A DNA stretch of 64,000 bases from Macrostomum lignano (Eukaryota): assembly GCA_002269645.1 (NCBI GenBank), contig NIVC01002825.1, forward strand, positions 1 to 64,000. The letters run 5' to 3'. Of the stretch, positions 51,201-63,371 are shown piece after piece. Every line of letters begins with the position of its first letter. Position 1 is the stretch's first letter. Below the pieces are notes generated by a model. The model saw nothing but the letters and a program-made list of their open reading frames with translations, was not told the origin of the DNA and searched no databases. The translations under genes and the position numbers were made by a program.

Positions 51201-54200
51201 GCCTTCAATCAGTGATTGTAACTCACCTGTCCATGCCTTCAATCAGTGATTGTAACTCACCTGTCCATGCCTTCAATCAGTGATTGTAACTCACCTGTCC
51301 ATGCCTTCAATCAGTGATTGTAACTCACCTGTCCATGCCTTCAATCAGTGATTGTAACTCACCTGTCCATGCCCTCAATCAGTGATTGTAACTCACCTGT
51401 CCATGCCTTCAATCAGTGATTGTAACTCACCTGTCCATGCCCTCAATCAGTGATTAAAACTCACCTGTCCATGCCCTCAATCAGTGATTAAAACTCACCT
51501 GTCCATGCCTTCAATCAGTGATTAAAACTCACCTGTCCATGCCTTCAATCAGTGATTATAACTCACCTATTCATGCCCTCAATCAGCGATTGTAACTCAC
51601 CTGTCCATGCCCTCAATCAGTGATTATAACTCACCTGTCCATGCCCTCAATCAGTGATTGTAACTCACCTGTCCATGCTCTCAATCAGTGATTGTAACTC
51701 ACCTGTCCATGCCCTCAATCAGTGATTATAACTCACCTGTCCATGCCCTCAATCAGTGATTATAACTCACCTGTCCATGCCCTCAATCAGTGATTGTAAC
51801 TCACCTGTCCATGCTCTCAATCAGTGATTGTAACTCACCTGTCCATGCCCTCAATCAGTGATTATAACTCACCTGTCCATGCCTTCAATCAGTGATTATA
51901 ACTCACCTGTCCATGCCTTCAATCAGTGATTGTAACTCACCTGTCCATGCCTTCAATCAGTGATTGTAACTCACCTGTCCATGCTCTCAATCAGTGATTG
52001 TAACTCACCTGTCCATGCCTTCAATCAGTGATTATAACTCACCTGTCCATGCCCTCAATCAGTGATTGTAACTCACCTGTCCATGCTCTCAATCAGTGAT
52101 TGTAACTCACCTGTCCATGCCTTCAATCAGTGATTATAACTCACCTGTCCATGCCCTCAATCAGTGATTGTAACTCACCTGTCCATGCTCTCAATCAGTG
52201 ATTGTAACTCACCTGTCCATGCCCTCAATCAGTGATTATAACTCACCTGTCCATGCCCTCAATCAGTGATTGTAACTCACCTGTCCATGCTCTCAATCAG
52301 TGATTGTAACTCACCTGTCCATGCCTTCAATCAGTGATTATAACTCACCTGTCCATGCCCTCAATCAGTGATTGTAACTCACCTGTCCATGCTCTCAATC
52401 AGTGATTGTAACTCACCTGTCCATGCCCTCAATCAGTGATTATAACTCACCTGTCCATGCCCTCAATCAGTGATTGTAACTCACCTGTCCATGCCTCAAT
52501 CAGTGATTATAACTCACCTGTCCATGCCTTCAATCAGTGATTGTAACTCACCTGTCCATGCCTTCAATCAGTGATTGTAACTCACCTGTCCATGCCTTCA
52601 ATCAGTGATTGTAACTCACCTGTCCATGCCCTCAATCAGTGATTGTAACTCACCTGTCCATGCCTTCAATCAGTGATTATAACTCACCTGTCCATGCCTT
52701 CAATCAGTGATTGTAACTCACCTGTCCATGCCCTCAATCAGTGATTGTAACTCACCTGTCCATGCCCTCAATCAGTGATTGTAACTCACCTGTCCATGCC
52801 TTCAATCAGTGATTATAACTCACCTGTCCATGCCCTCAATCAGTGATTAAAACTCACCTGTCCATGCCCTCAATCAGTGATTGTAACTCACCTGTCCATG
52901 CCTTCAATCAGTGATTATAACTCACCTGTCCATGCCCTCAATCAGTGATTGTAACTCACCTGTCCATGCCTTCAATCAGTGATTGTAACTCACCTGTCCA
53001 TGCCCTCAATCAGTGATTGTAACTCACCTGTCCATGCCTTCAATCAGTGATTATAACTCACCTGTCCATGCTCTCAATCAGTGATTATAACTCACCTGTC
53101 CATGCCCTCAATCAGTGATTGTAACTCACCTGTCCATGCCTTCAATCAGTGATTGTAACTCACCTGTCCATGCCTTCAATCAGTGATTATAACTCACCTG
53201 TCCATGCCTTCAATCAGTGATTATAACTCACCTGTCCATGCCCTCAATCAGTGATTGTAACTCACCTGTCCATGCTCTCAATCAGTGATTGTAACTCACC
53301 TGTCCATGCCTCAATCAGTGATTGTAACTCACCTGTCCATGCCTTCAATCAGTGATTATAACTCACCTGTCCATGCTCTCAATCAGTGATTATAACTCAC
53401 CTGTCCATGCCCTCAATCAGTGATTGTAACTCACCTGTCCATGCCCTCAATCAGTGATTGTAACTCACCTGTCCATGCCTTCAATCAGTGATTGTAACTC
53501 ACCTGTCCATGCTCTCAATCAGTGATTATAACTCACCTGTCCATGCCTTCAATCAGTGATTGTAACTCACCTGTCCATGCCTTCAATCAGTGATTGTAAC
53601 TCACCTGTCCATGCTCTCAATCAGTGATTATAACTCACCTGTCCATGCCTTCAATCAGTGATTGTAACTCACCTGTCCATGCCCTCAATCAGTGATTGTA
53701 ACTCACCTGTCCATGCCTTCAATCAGTGATTGTAACTCACCTGTCCATGCCTTCAATCAGTGATTGTAACTCACCTGTCCATGCCTCAATCAGTGATTGT
53801 AACTCACCTGTCCATGCCTTCAATCAGTGATTGTAACTCACCTGTCCATGCCCTCAATCAGTGATTGTAACTCACCTGTCCATGCCTTCAATCAGTGATT
53901 GTAACTCACCTGTCCATGCCTCAATCAGTGATTGTAACTCACCTGTCCATGCCTTCAATCAGTGATTGTAACTCACCTGTCCATGCATTCAATCAGTGAT
54001 TGTAACTCACCTGTCCATGCCTCAATCAGTGATTGTAACTCACCTGTCCATGCCTTCAATCAGTGATTGTAACTCACCTGTCCATGCCTTCAATCAGTGA
54101 TTGTAACTCACCTGTCCATGCCTTCAATCAGTGATTAACTCACCTGTCCATGCCCTCAATCAGTGATTGTAACTCACCTGTCCATGCCTCAATCAGTGAT

Positions 54201-56892
54201 TGTAACTCACCTGTCCATGCCTTCAATCAGTGATTGTAACTCACCTGTCCATGCCTCAATCAGTGATTGTAACTCACCTGTCCATGCCTTCAATCAGTGA
54301 TTGTAACTCACCTGTCCATGCCTTCAATCAGTGATTGTAACTCACCTGTCCATGCCTCAATCAGTGATTGTAACTCACCTGTCCATGCCTTCAATCAGTG
54401 ATTGTAACTCACCTGTCCATGCCTTCAATCAGTGATTGTAACTCACCTGTCCATGCCTTCAATCAGTGATTGTAACTCACCTGTCCATGCCTTCAATCAG
54501 TGATTGTAACTCACCTGTCCATGCCTTCAATCAGTGATTGTAACTCACCTGTCCATGCCTTCAATCAGTGATTGTAACTCACCTGTCCATGCCTCAATCA
54601 GTGATTGTAACTCACCTGTCCATGCCTTCAATCAGTGATTGTAACTCACCTGTCCATGCCTTCAATCAGTGATTGTAACTCACCTGTCCATGCCCTCAAT
54701 CAGTGATTGTAACTCACCTGTCCATGCCCTCAATCAGTGATTGTAACTCACCTGTCCATGCCCTCAATCAGTGATTGTAACTCACCTGTCCATGCCTCAA
54801 TCAGTGATTATAACTCACCTGTCCATGCCTTCAATCAGTGATTGTAACTCACCTGTCCATGCCCTCAATCAGTGATTGTAACTCACCTGTCCATGCCTCA
54901 ATCAGTGATTGTAACTCACCTGTCCATGCCTTCAATCAGTGATTGTAACTCACCTGTCCATGCCTTCAATCAGTGATTGTAACTCACCTGTCCATGCCTC
55001 AATCAGTGATTGTAACTCACCTGTCCATGCCTTCAATCAGTGATTGTAACTCACCTGTCCATGCCTTCAATCAGTGATTGTAACTCACCTGTCCATGCCT
55101 TCAATCAGTGATTGTAACTCACCTGTCCATGCCTTCAATCAGTGATTGTAACTCACCTGTCCATGCCTTCAATCAGTGATTGTAACTCACCTGTCCATGC
55201 CCTCAATCAGTGATTGTAACTCACCTGTCCATGCCTTCAATCAGTGATTGTAACTCACCTGTCCATGCCCTCAATCAGTGATTGTAACTCACCTGTCCAT
55301 GCCTTCAATCAGTGATTGTAACTCACCTGTCCATGCCTCAATCAGTGATTGTAACTCACCTGTCCATGCCTTCAATCAGTGATTGTAACTCACCTGTCCA
55401 TGCCCTCAATCAGTGATTATAACTCACCTGTCCATGCCTTCAATCAGTGATTGTAACTCACCTGTCCATGCCTTCAATCAGTGATTGTAACTCACCTGTC
55501 CATGCCTTCAATCAGTGATTGTAACTCACCTGTCCATGCCTTCAATCAGTGATTGTAACTCACCTGTCCATGCCTTCAATCAGTGATTGTAACTCACCTG
55601 TCCATGCCTTCAATCAGTGATTGTAACTCACCTGTCCATGCCTTCAATCAGTGATTGTAACTCACCTGTCCATGCCTTCAATCAGTGATTGTAACTCACC
55701 TGTCCATGCCTTCAATCAGTGATTGTAACTCACCTGTCCATGCCTTCAATCAGTGATTGTAACTCACCTGTCCATGCCTTCAATCAGTGATTGTAACTCA
55801 CCTGTCCATGCCTTCAATCAGTGATTGTAACTCACCTGTCCATGCCTTCAATCAGTGATTGTAACTCACCTGTCCATGCCTTCAATCAGTGATTGTAACT
55901 CACCTGTCCATGCCTTCAATCAGTGATTGTAACTCACCTGTCCATGCCTTCAATCAGTGATTGTAACTCACCTGTCCATGCCTTCAATCAGTGATTGTAA
56001 CTCACCTGTCCATGCCTTCAATCAGTGATTGTAACTCACCTGTCCATGCCTTCAATCAGTGATTGTAACTCACCTGTCCATGCCTTCAATCAGTGATTGT
56101 AACTCACCTGTCCATGCCTCAATCAGTGATTGTAACTCACCTGTCCATGCCTTCAATCAGTGATTAACTCACCTGTCCATGCCCTCAATCAGTGATTAAA
56201 ACTCACCTGTCCATGCCCTCAATCAGTGATTAAAACTCACCTGTCCATGCCTTCAATCAGTGATTATAACTCACCTGTCCATGCCTTCAATCAGTGATTG
56301 TAACTCACCTGTCCATGCCCTCAATCAGTGATTGTAACTCACCTGTCCATGCCCTCAATCAGTGATTATAACTCACCTGTCCATGCCTCAATCAGTGATT
56401 GTAACTCACCTGTCCATGCCTCAATCAGTGATTGTAACTCACCTGTCCATGCCCTCAATCAGTGATTGTAACTCACCTGTCCATGCCTCAATCAGTGATT
56501 ATAACTCACCTATTCATGCCCTCAATCAGTGAATATAACTCACCTGTCCATGCCCTCAATCAGTGAATATAACTCACCTGTCTATGCCCTCAATCAGTGA
56601 TTAAAACTCACCTGTCCATGCCTTCAATCAGTGATTAAAACTCACCTGTCCATGCCTTCAATCAGTGATTAAAACTCACCTGTCCATGCCTTCAATCAGT
56701 GATTAAAACTCACCTGTCCATGCCCTCAATCAGTGATTAAAACTCACCTGTCCATGCCTTCAATCAGTGATTAAAACTCACCTGTCCATGCCTTCAATCA
56801 GTGATTATAACTCACCTATTCATGCCCTCAATCAGCGATTGTAACTCACCTGTCCATGCCCTCAATCAGCGATTACAACTCACCTGTCCATG
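45279..56892. repeat. 34-bp satellite, about 300 copies, interrupted once by a hAT-type element
   Basis: Unit AATCAGTGATT(G/A)TAACTCACCTGTCCATGCC(T/C)TC; period 34 checked at 55441 to 55475; no spacers. Confidence 0.97.
49651..50939. mobile_element. Non-autonomous hAT-superfamily DNA transposon, 1289 bp
   Basis: Perfect 14-bp TIR TAGGGGTGTTCGGG / CCCGAACACCCCTA; 8-bp TSD GTGATTGT at 49643-49650 and 50940-50947; GGGTTCGG-rich subterminal repeats; AT-rich non-coding interior. Confidence 0.9.
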
Positions 56893-56905
56893 TCGTCATT
56901 GTCCC
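56884..56905 (-). other. Candidate 22-nt microexon abutting the 34-bp satellite
   Basis: Minus strand reads GCTTTGCCTGTTTTGACAG | GGGACAATGACGACATGGACAG | GTGAGTT: a pyrimidine-rich acceptor and a consensus donor. Confidence 0.5.
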
Positions 56906-57339
56906 CTGTCAAAACAGGCAAAGCTCATTTTGAAATGGGATAATGTTGACATGATGGATAATAAATTCCAATGAAATCATCAAAATCATCATCAATAGTC
57001 TTCTGATCGTCTATAGCTGTCAATCATTTTTAGTTGACAATGGAATTGACGACTAACTTTAACTCACTACAAACTTTGAACGGATTCTGTAATTTAAAAC
57101 AAATTATTTCCTTTGAACTTTTTGCCTCTCTGTGATGTTATAAAATGCTACGTTTAAAAATCACAAAGCAGATTGAGAGACGTTTCCACGGACCAACTGA
57201 ATTATTTAACCCCGATAAAGATACGATTATGCAAGCAAAATTTCAACTGGCCATGATGCTGTTGCTGCTGGCATTTCTGCTCTCTGCTCAGCTCGTAAGA
57301 TAACAGGATTTTGAACATTTGTGTGTTTATCGTCTCTTA

Positions 57340-58650
57340 ATACCATAGACACTGATGTTTTGTGTGCTTGTGAGCGCTGCAGGACCATAGACACTGATGT
57401 TTTGTGTGTTTGTGAGCGCTGCAGGACCATTGACACTGATGTTTTGTGTGTTTGTGAGCGCTGCAGGACCATTGACACTGATGTTTTGTGTGTTTGTGAG
57501 CGGTGCAGGACCATAGACATTGATGTTTTTTGTGTTTGTGAGCGGTGCAGGACCATAGACACTGATGTTTTGTGTGCTTGTGAGCGCTGCAGGATCATAG
57601 ACACTGATGTTTTGTGTGTTTGTGAGCGCTGCAGGACCATTGACACTGATGTTTTGTGTGTTTGTGAGCGGTGCAGGACCATAGACATTGATGTTTTTTG
57701 TGTTTGTGAGCGCTGCAGGACCATAGACACTGATGTTTTGTGTGTTTGTGAGCGCTGCAGGACCATTGACACTGATGTTTTGTGTGTTTGTGAGCGCTGC
57801 AGGACCATAGACATTGATGTTTTTTGTGTTTGTGAGCGGTGCAGGACCATAGGCACTGATGTTTTTTGTGTTTGTGAGCGCTGCAGGACCATAGACATTG
57901 ATGTTTTTTGTGTTTGTGAGCGCTGCAGGACCATAGGCACTGATGTTTTGTGTGTTTGTGAGCGCTGCAGGACCATTGACACTGATGTTTTGTGTGTTTG
58001 TGAGCGGTGCTGGACCATAGACACTGATGTTTTGTGTTTGTGAGCGCTGCAGGACCATAGACACTGATGTTTTGTGTGTTTGTGAGCGCTGAAGGACCAT
58101 AGACATTGATGTTTTGTGTGTTTGTGAGCGGTGCAGGACCATAGACACTGATGTTTTGTGTGTTTGTGAGCGGTGCAGGACCATTGACACTGATGTTTTG
58201 TGTGTTTGTGAGCGCTGCAGGACCATAGACATTGATGTTTTTGTGTTTGTGAGCGCTGCAGGACCATAGACAATGATGTTTTGTGTGTTTGTGAGCGGTG
58301 CAGGACCATAGACATTGATGTTTTTTGTCTTTGTGAGCGCTGCAGGATCATAGACACTGATGTTTTGTGTGTTTGTGAGCGCTGCAGGACCATAGACACT
58401 GATGTTTTGTGTGTTTGTGAGCGCTGCAGGACCATAGACATTGATGTTTTTTGTGTTTGTGAGCGCTGCAGAACCATAGGCACTGATGTTTTTTGTGTTT
58501 GTGAGCGGTGCAGGACCATAGACATTGATGTTTTTTGTGTTTGTGAGCGCTGCAGGACCATAGGCACTGATGTTTTGTGTGTTTGTCCTTGCAGGACCAT
58601 AGCCACAGATGTTTTATGTCCTTGTGAGCGGTGCAGGACCATAGACACTG
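57340..58650. repeat. 42-bp minisatellite, about 31 copies
   Basis: Unit ACCATAGACACTGATGTTTTGTGTGTTTGTGAGCGCTGCAGG. Confidence 0.95.
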
Positions 58651-59084
58651 GTTTACTTAACAGTTCAATTATTTTTTTATAATTAATTATTTGTCATAAC
58701 TCTCTTCACGAGTATTTTAACTAAATACAGTCGACCGGTAATCTCAATCGAGTCGGAGGAGGAAGAAGTCCAGCCAATCCTGAAATGCGTCAAGGCCAGG
58801 TGGAGCAGCCGGAGGAGCACAGCTCGTCTGACATTGGCAGCCCGCCGCTCTGCAGCCTGAGCAGCTATTGCGTGAATGACAGGCCGCCAGATGAGTGAGA
58901 TGGCAGCTTGCGTCATATAGACTATTTGGCACCCGCATCTCACTGAAAGGCAGTTATGAGCTCGTAAAATGACGCAAATATATAATATCTGACCGAAGCA
59001 AGGCATCTCGTTAATTGGTTTTTCTCCGAGTACCTGAAGCTCTCGTTATTTGTTTTGTTGTCTTTGAGTTTTCTGCATGTACGA

Positions 59085-60320
59085 GTCTGCCTCTCCTCCC
59101 TGTCTCTTATCTATGAGTCTGCCTCTCCACTCTGTCTCTTATCTATGAGTCTGCCTCTCCTCCCTGTCTCTTATCTATGAGTCTGCCTCTCCTCCCTGTC
59201 TCTTATCTATGAGTCTGCCTCTCCTCCCTGTCTCTTATCTATGAGTCTGCCTCTCCACACTGTCTCTTATCTATGAGTCTGCCTCTCCTCCCTGTCTCTT
59301 ATCTATGAGTCTGCCTCTCCTCCCTGTCTCTTATCTATGAGTCTGCCTCTCCACTCTGTCTCTTATCTATGAGTCTGCCTCTCCACACTGTCTCTTATCT
59401 ATGAGTCTGCCTCTCCTCCCTGTCTCTTATCTATGAGTCTGCCTCTCCACACTGTCTCTTATCTATGAGTCTGCCTCTCCACACTGTCTCTTATCTATGA
59501 GTCTGCCTCTCCTCCCTGTCTCTTATCTATGAGTCTGCCTCTCCTCCCTGTCTCTTATCTATGAGTCTGCCTCTCCACTCTGTCTCTTATCTATGAGTCT
59601 TCCTCTCCTCCCTGTCTCTTATCTATGAGTCTGCCTCTCCACACTGTCTCTTATCTATGAGTCTGCCTCTCCACACTGTCTCTTATCTATGAGTCTGCCT
59701 CTCCACACTGTCTCTTATCTATGAGTCTGCCTCTCCTCCCTGTCTCTTATCTATGAGTCTGCCTCTCCACTCTGTCTCTTATCTATGAGTCTGCCTCTCC
59801 ACACTGTCTCTTATCTATGAGTCTGCCTCTCCACACTGTCTCTTATCTATGAGTCTGCCTCTCCTCCCTGTCTCTTATCTATGAGTCTGCCTCTCCACAC
59901 TGTCTCTTATCTATGAGTCTGCCTCTCCACACTGTCTCTTATCTATGAGTCTGCCTCTCCTCCCTGTCTCTTATCTATGAGTCTGCCTCTCCACACTGTC
60001 TCTTATCTATGAGTCTGCCTCTCCACACTGTCTCTTATCTATGAGTCTGCCTCTCCACACTGTCTCTTATCTATGAGTCTGCCTCTCCACACTGTCTCTT
60101 ATCTATGAGTCTGCCTCTCCACACTGTCTCTTATCTATGAGTCTGCCTCTCCACACTGTTTCTTATCTATGAGTCTGCCTCTCCACACTGTCTCTTATCT
60201 ATGAGTCTGCCTCTCCACACTGTCTCTTATCTATGAGTCTGCCTCTCCACACTGTCTCTTATCTATGAGTCTGCCTCTCCACACTGTCTCTTATCTATGA
60301 GTCTGCCTCCCCGCTCCCTG
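59085..60320. repeat. 32-bp minisatellite, about 38 copies
   Basis: Unit TGTCTCTTATCTATGAGTCTGCCTCTCC(ACAC/TCCC). Confidence 0.95.
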
Positions 60321-60897
60321 TATCATATTTTATTAGTAAAGGAACGTATTAAATACTTAAGACTATTTCAGGCTATAGACGTTTTATGAAACACTGTAAC
60401 CTTTGGTCAATAGTTAGTTAGGAGTTGTTTAAAAATTATTTCGTTGTATAGCTCGTATGTAGCACTTCATGAATATTTTTCGAATTATTATATACGTGAA
60501 TATATATTTTTTAACTTTCTAAAAAACTTTCATAGCAAGGGGTAACAACTGATCGATTCTCAATATCAAATTTGAGATTCCATACAGAAAGTCAAGGAAG
60601 CTCCGGGATATCAGCTCGAATACTTGTACATCAGGATTAGCATTTGAAAGGCTCGATAATAAATACGTGGAATAAAAATTCATTTCAGCTACTAGAAGTA
60701 GGCGAATAGCGCAGCTATTCTGAAGCGATGCAAGCTAGCAAAAATTGAAGTCATATTCTTACTTATTTTAGTTATTTTAAAATTTGAGCGTAACTCTTGC
60801 AGATAAAAAGTCATTTTAGCTTAATAATGTCACAATAAAATTATTTTTTTCTTGACTAGAATGCAAACGATTGTTTTTGTCAGCACCAACTGACATT

Positions 60898-61485
60898 CTC
60901 AAGCCAATCTCTAATCTTAAGCCAATCTCTAATCTCAAGCCAATCTTTAATCTCAACCCAAATCTCTAATCTCAAGCCAATCTCTAATCTCAAGCCAATC
61001 TCTAATCTCAATCCAAATCTCTAATCTCAAGCCAATCTCTAATCTCAAGCCAATCTCTAATTTCAAGCCTAATCTCTAATCTCAAACCAATCTCTAATCT
61101 CAAGCCAATCTCTAATCTCAAGCCAATCTCTAATCTCAACCCAAATCTCTAATCTCAAGCCAATCTCTAATCTCAAGCCAATCTCTAACCTCAACCTAAA
61201 TCTCTAATCTCAAGCCAATCTCTAATCTCAAGCCAATCTCTAAGCTCAAGCCAATCTTTAATCTCAACCCAAATCTCTAATCTCAAGCTAAATCTCTAAT
61301 CTCAATCCAATCTCAAATCTCATGCCAATCTCTAATCTCAAGCCAATCTCTAATCTCAAGCAAATCTCTAATCTCAAGCCAATCTCTAATCTCAAGCTAA
61401 ATCTCTAATCTCAATCCAATCTCAAATCTCAAGCCAATCTCTAATCTCAAGCCAATCTCTAATCTAAAGCAAATCTCTATTCTCA
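60898..61485. repeat. 18-19 bp minisatellite
   Basis: Unit AATCTCTAATCTCAAGCC. Confidence 0.92.
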
Positions 61486-61500
61486 GCTTCATTGTCACAC

Positions 61501-63290
61501 AGCGGCGGAGGAATCGGCGGGTGTCGTCGCCGCTGGCCCGGCGAACTCGATGGTCAGCTCTCTCCGCAGCGTGCCCAGCAGAGCTCGGGTGTCGCTGCCC
61601 GGTCTGGCAGCCAGATGTCGAACGACATCCCATTCGTCGTGATCGGCGGTGGCCGACAAGGCAGTCGCTCTCGACGCCTCGGATTCGTCGTTGCTTTTAT
61701 CGTTGCCGCCGGCGCCGCCGCTGCCGCTGTTGATGTTGACAGCGAAGGTCCGGCTGGATCCAGCAGGACGAGGTTGGACGCTGATCAGTCGAGAGCTGGA
61801 GGCCGCTGGTTCGGGTGGCTGCGGCGGCCGCGGCTCCGACAGGTTCTGACGGCGCAAGTCCTGGGGTTTGGAAAATATGTGGTGTTTTTGGAGAAACTTT
61901 TAGCAATTTCATACTACTGACTTGATGCAGTAGAGTGTTGCGAGAGTTTTTCTATCATGATGCGAATCCACGTGACTGTTAACAAGTTAAAAAGTTCACG
62001 ATTGAGATCATAAGTGACTTTATGAGTGAGGTCATAAGGGACTTTATGAGTGAGATCATAAGGGACTTTATGAGTGAGGTCATAAGTGACTTTATGAGTG
62101 AGGTCATAAGGGACTTTATGAGTGAGGTCATAAGGGACTTTATGAGTGAGGTCATAAGGGACTTTATGAGTGAGGTCATAAGGGACTTTATGAGTGAGGT
62201 CATAAGTCACTTTATGAGTGAGTTCATATCATTTCAATTAAAACTTGCTTTAAGCATATGGAAAAGTAAAAGTAACAACTATGTACTTTAATTTTTTATT
62301 GATATCAAATACTTTAAATAGTCGACTCACCTCCTCAAGCATGGGTCTGAGTTTGGCCAACTGGTCCCCAGTTCGGTAGGGCGAAGGCAGAGTCTGGGCT
62401 CGATGTGCCGTCGACATCTCCAGGCTGTCAATGTCCACTGAAAGTTTTGGTTGTCAAGGCAGTTTATGAAATTATGCTTGAGAATTACTCAGTTAATGGT
62501 AGCGAGGAGGGACTATCGGTGTGGCCCTCTGGTTGGATTCCCTCGGTGCCCCCATAGCCCTCACTCCTGCAAGTATTTATTATGCATGAATATGCTTACT
62601 TGCAACCGCTTCAAATCGGGTATCGTCGCTCTCGGATTTTCGCCTCATTCTGTGGGTTGTTTTTGTTATTTTTTATATCGAAATGGGTCATCACATTGAC
62701 ATCATCTAGCTTGAATAGATCACATGACAGCGATAAGACACTACTAAAATATGATAATTGCGAACTTCGGATTTTTTTTAACTTCTCCTATCTATTTGAA
62801 GTATTTTATAAACAAGTTTTCTTAAACTGTCTATGGAAAACTGACAGTACAGCTACTTACAGTAGATTATATGCAAATTAAGCAAAAACTTACTCGTGCA
62901 AGCCGATCTCGCCTGGAGTTGCTCTGCGCATGAAATTAAAAGAAATATTTGAGGAAAATCAGTGCGAATAATATCAAGAACAAAAAATATTATTTCCTAA
63001 AAATTGCTATGCAGTCTCACTCACTGAGATTGAGCAGTTGCGTCATCAGCATCCGAAGCTTCATCGCTTGATGACTCATCACTGTCTGAACTGCTTGAGT
63101 GCTTCTTCTTTTTCTTTTCCTTCTTTTCCTTTTTCTCCTTCTTTTTCTTCTTTTCTTTCTTTTCCTTTTTCTTCTTTTCCTTCTTCTTCTTCTTCTTTTT
63201 CTTTTTCTTCTCAGAGTCGTCGCTGCTGCTTTCGCTGCCGCTGCCCTCTTTGCGCTTTTTCTTTTTCTTCTTTTTTGAGTCCTCTTCGGG
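61501..63290 (-). CDS. Internal exons of an uncharacterised Lys/Ser-rich low-complexity protein (candidate exons 63290-63025, about 62923-62894, about 62426-62331, 61860-61501); 5' end probably beyond the window, 3' end unresolved
   Basis: GC-rich open segments bounded by AG/GT: PEEDSKKKKKKKRKEGSGSESSSDDSEKKKK..HSSSSDSDESSS, LEMSTAHRAQTLPSPYRTGDQLAKLRPMLEE and DLRRQNLSEPRPPQ..RALLGTLRRELTIEFAGP. Phases can be joined, but no family was recognised. Confidence 0.5.
62000..62222. repeat. 24-bp minisatellite with internal inverted repeat
   Basis: Unit GACTTTATGAGTGAGGTCATAAGG; TTATGA and TCATAA are reverse complements. Confidence 0.9.
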
Positions 63291-63371
63291 CTGGAAGCAG
63301 CAGTCAGAGGGCGTTTCTGTAGCGGCTTATAGTGGACTGTCTTTGTAGTTGTTGAGGGAGAAAATGATCTA

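Noticed and set aside
45279-56892. CRISPR array (34-bp repeats)
   Set aside because: Units are head-to-tail with no unique spacers, there are no cas genes, and the context is eukaryotic.
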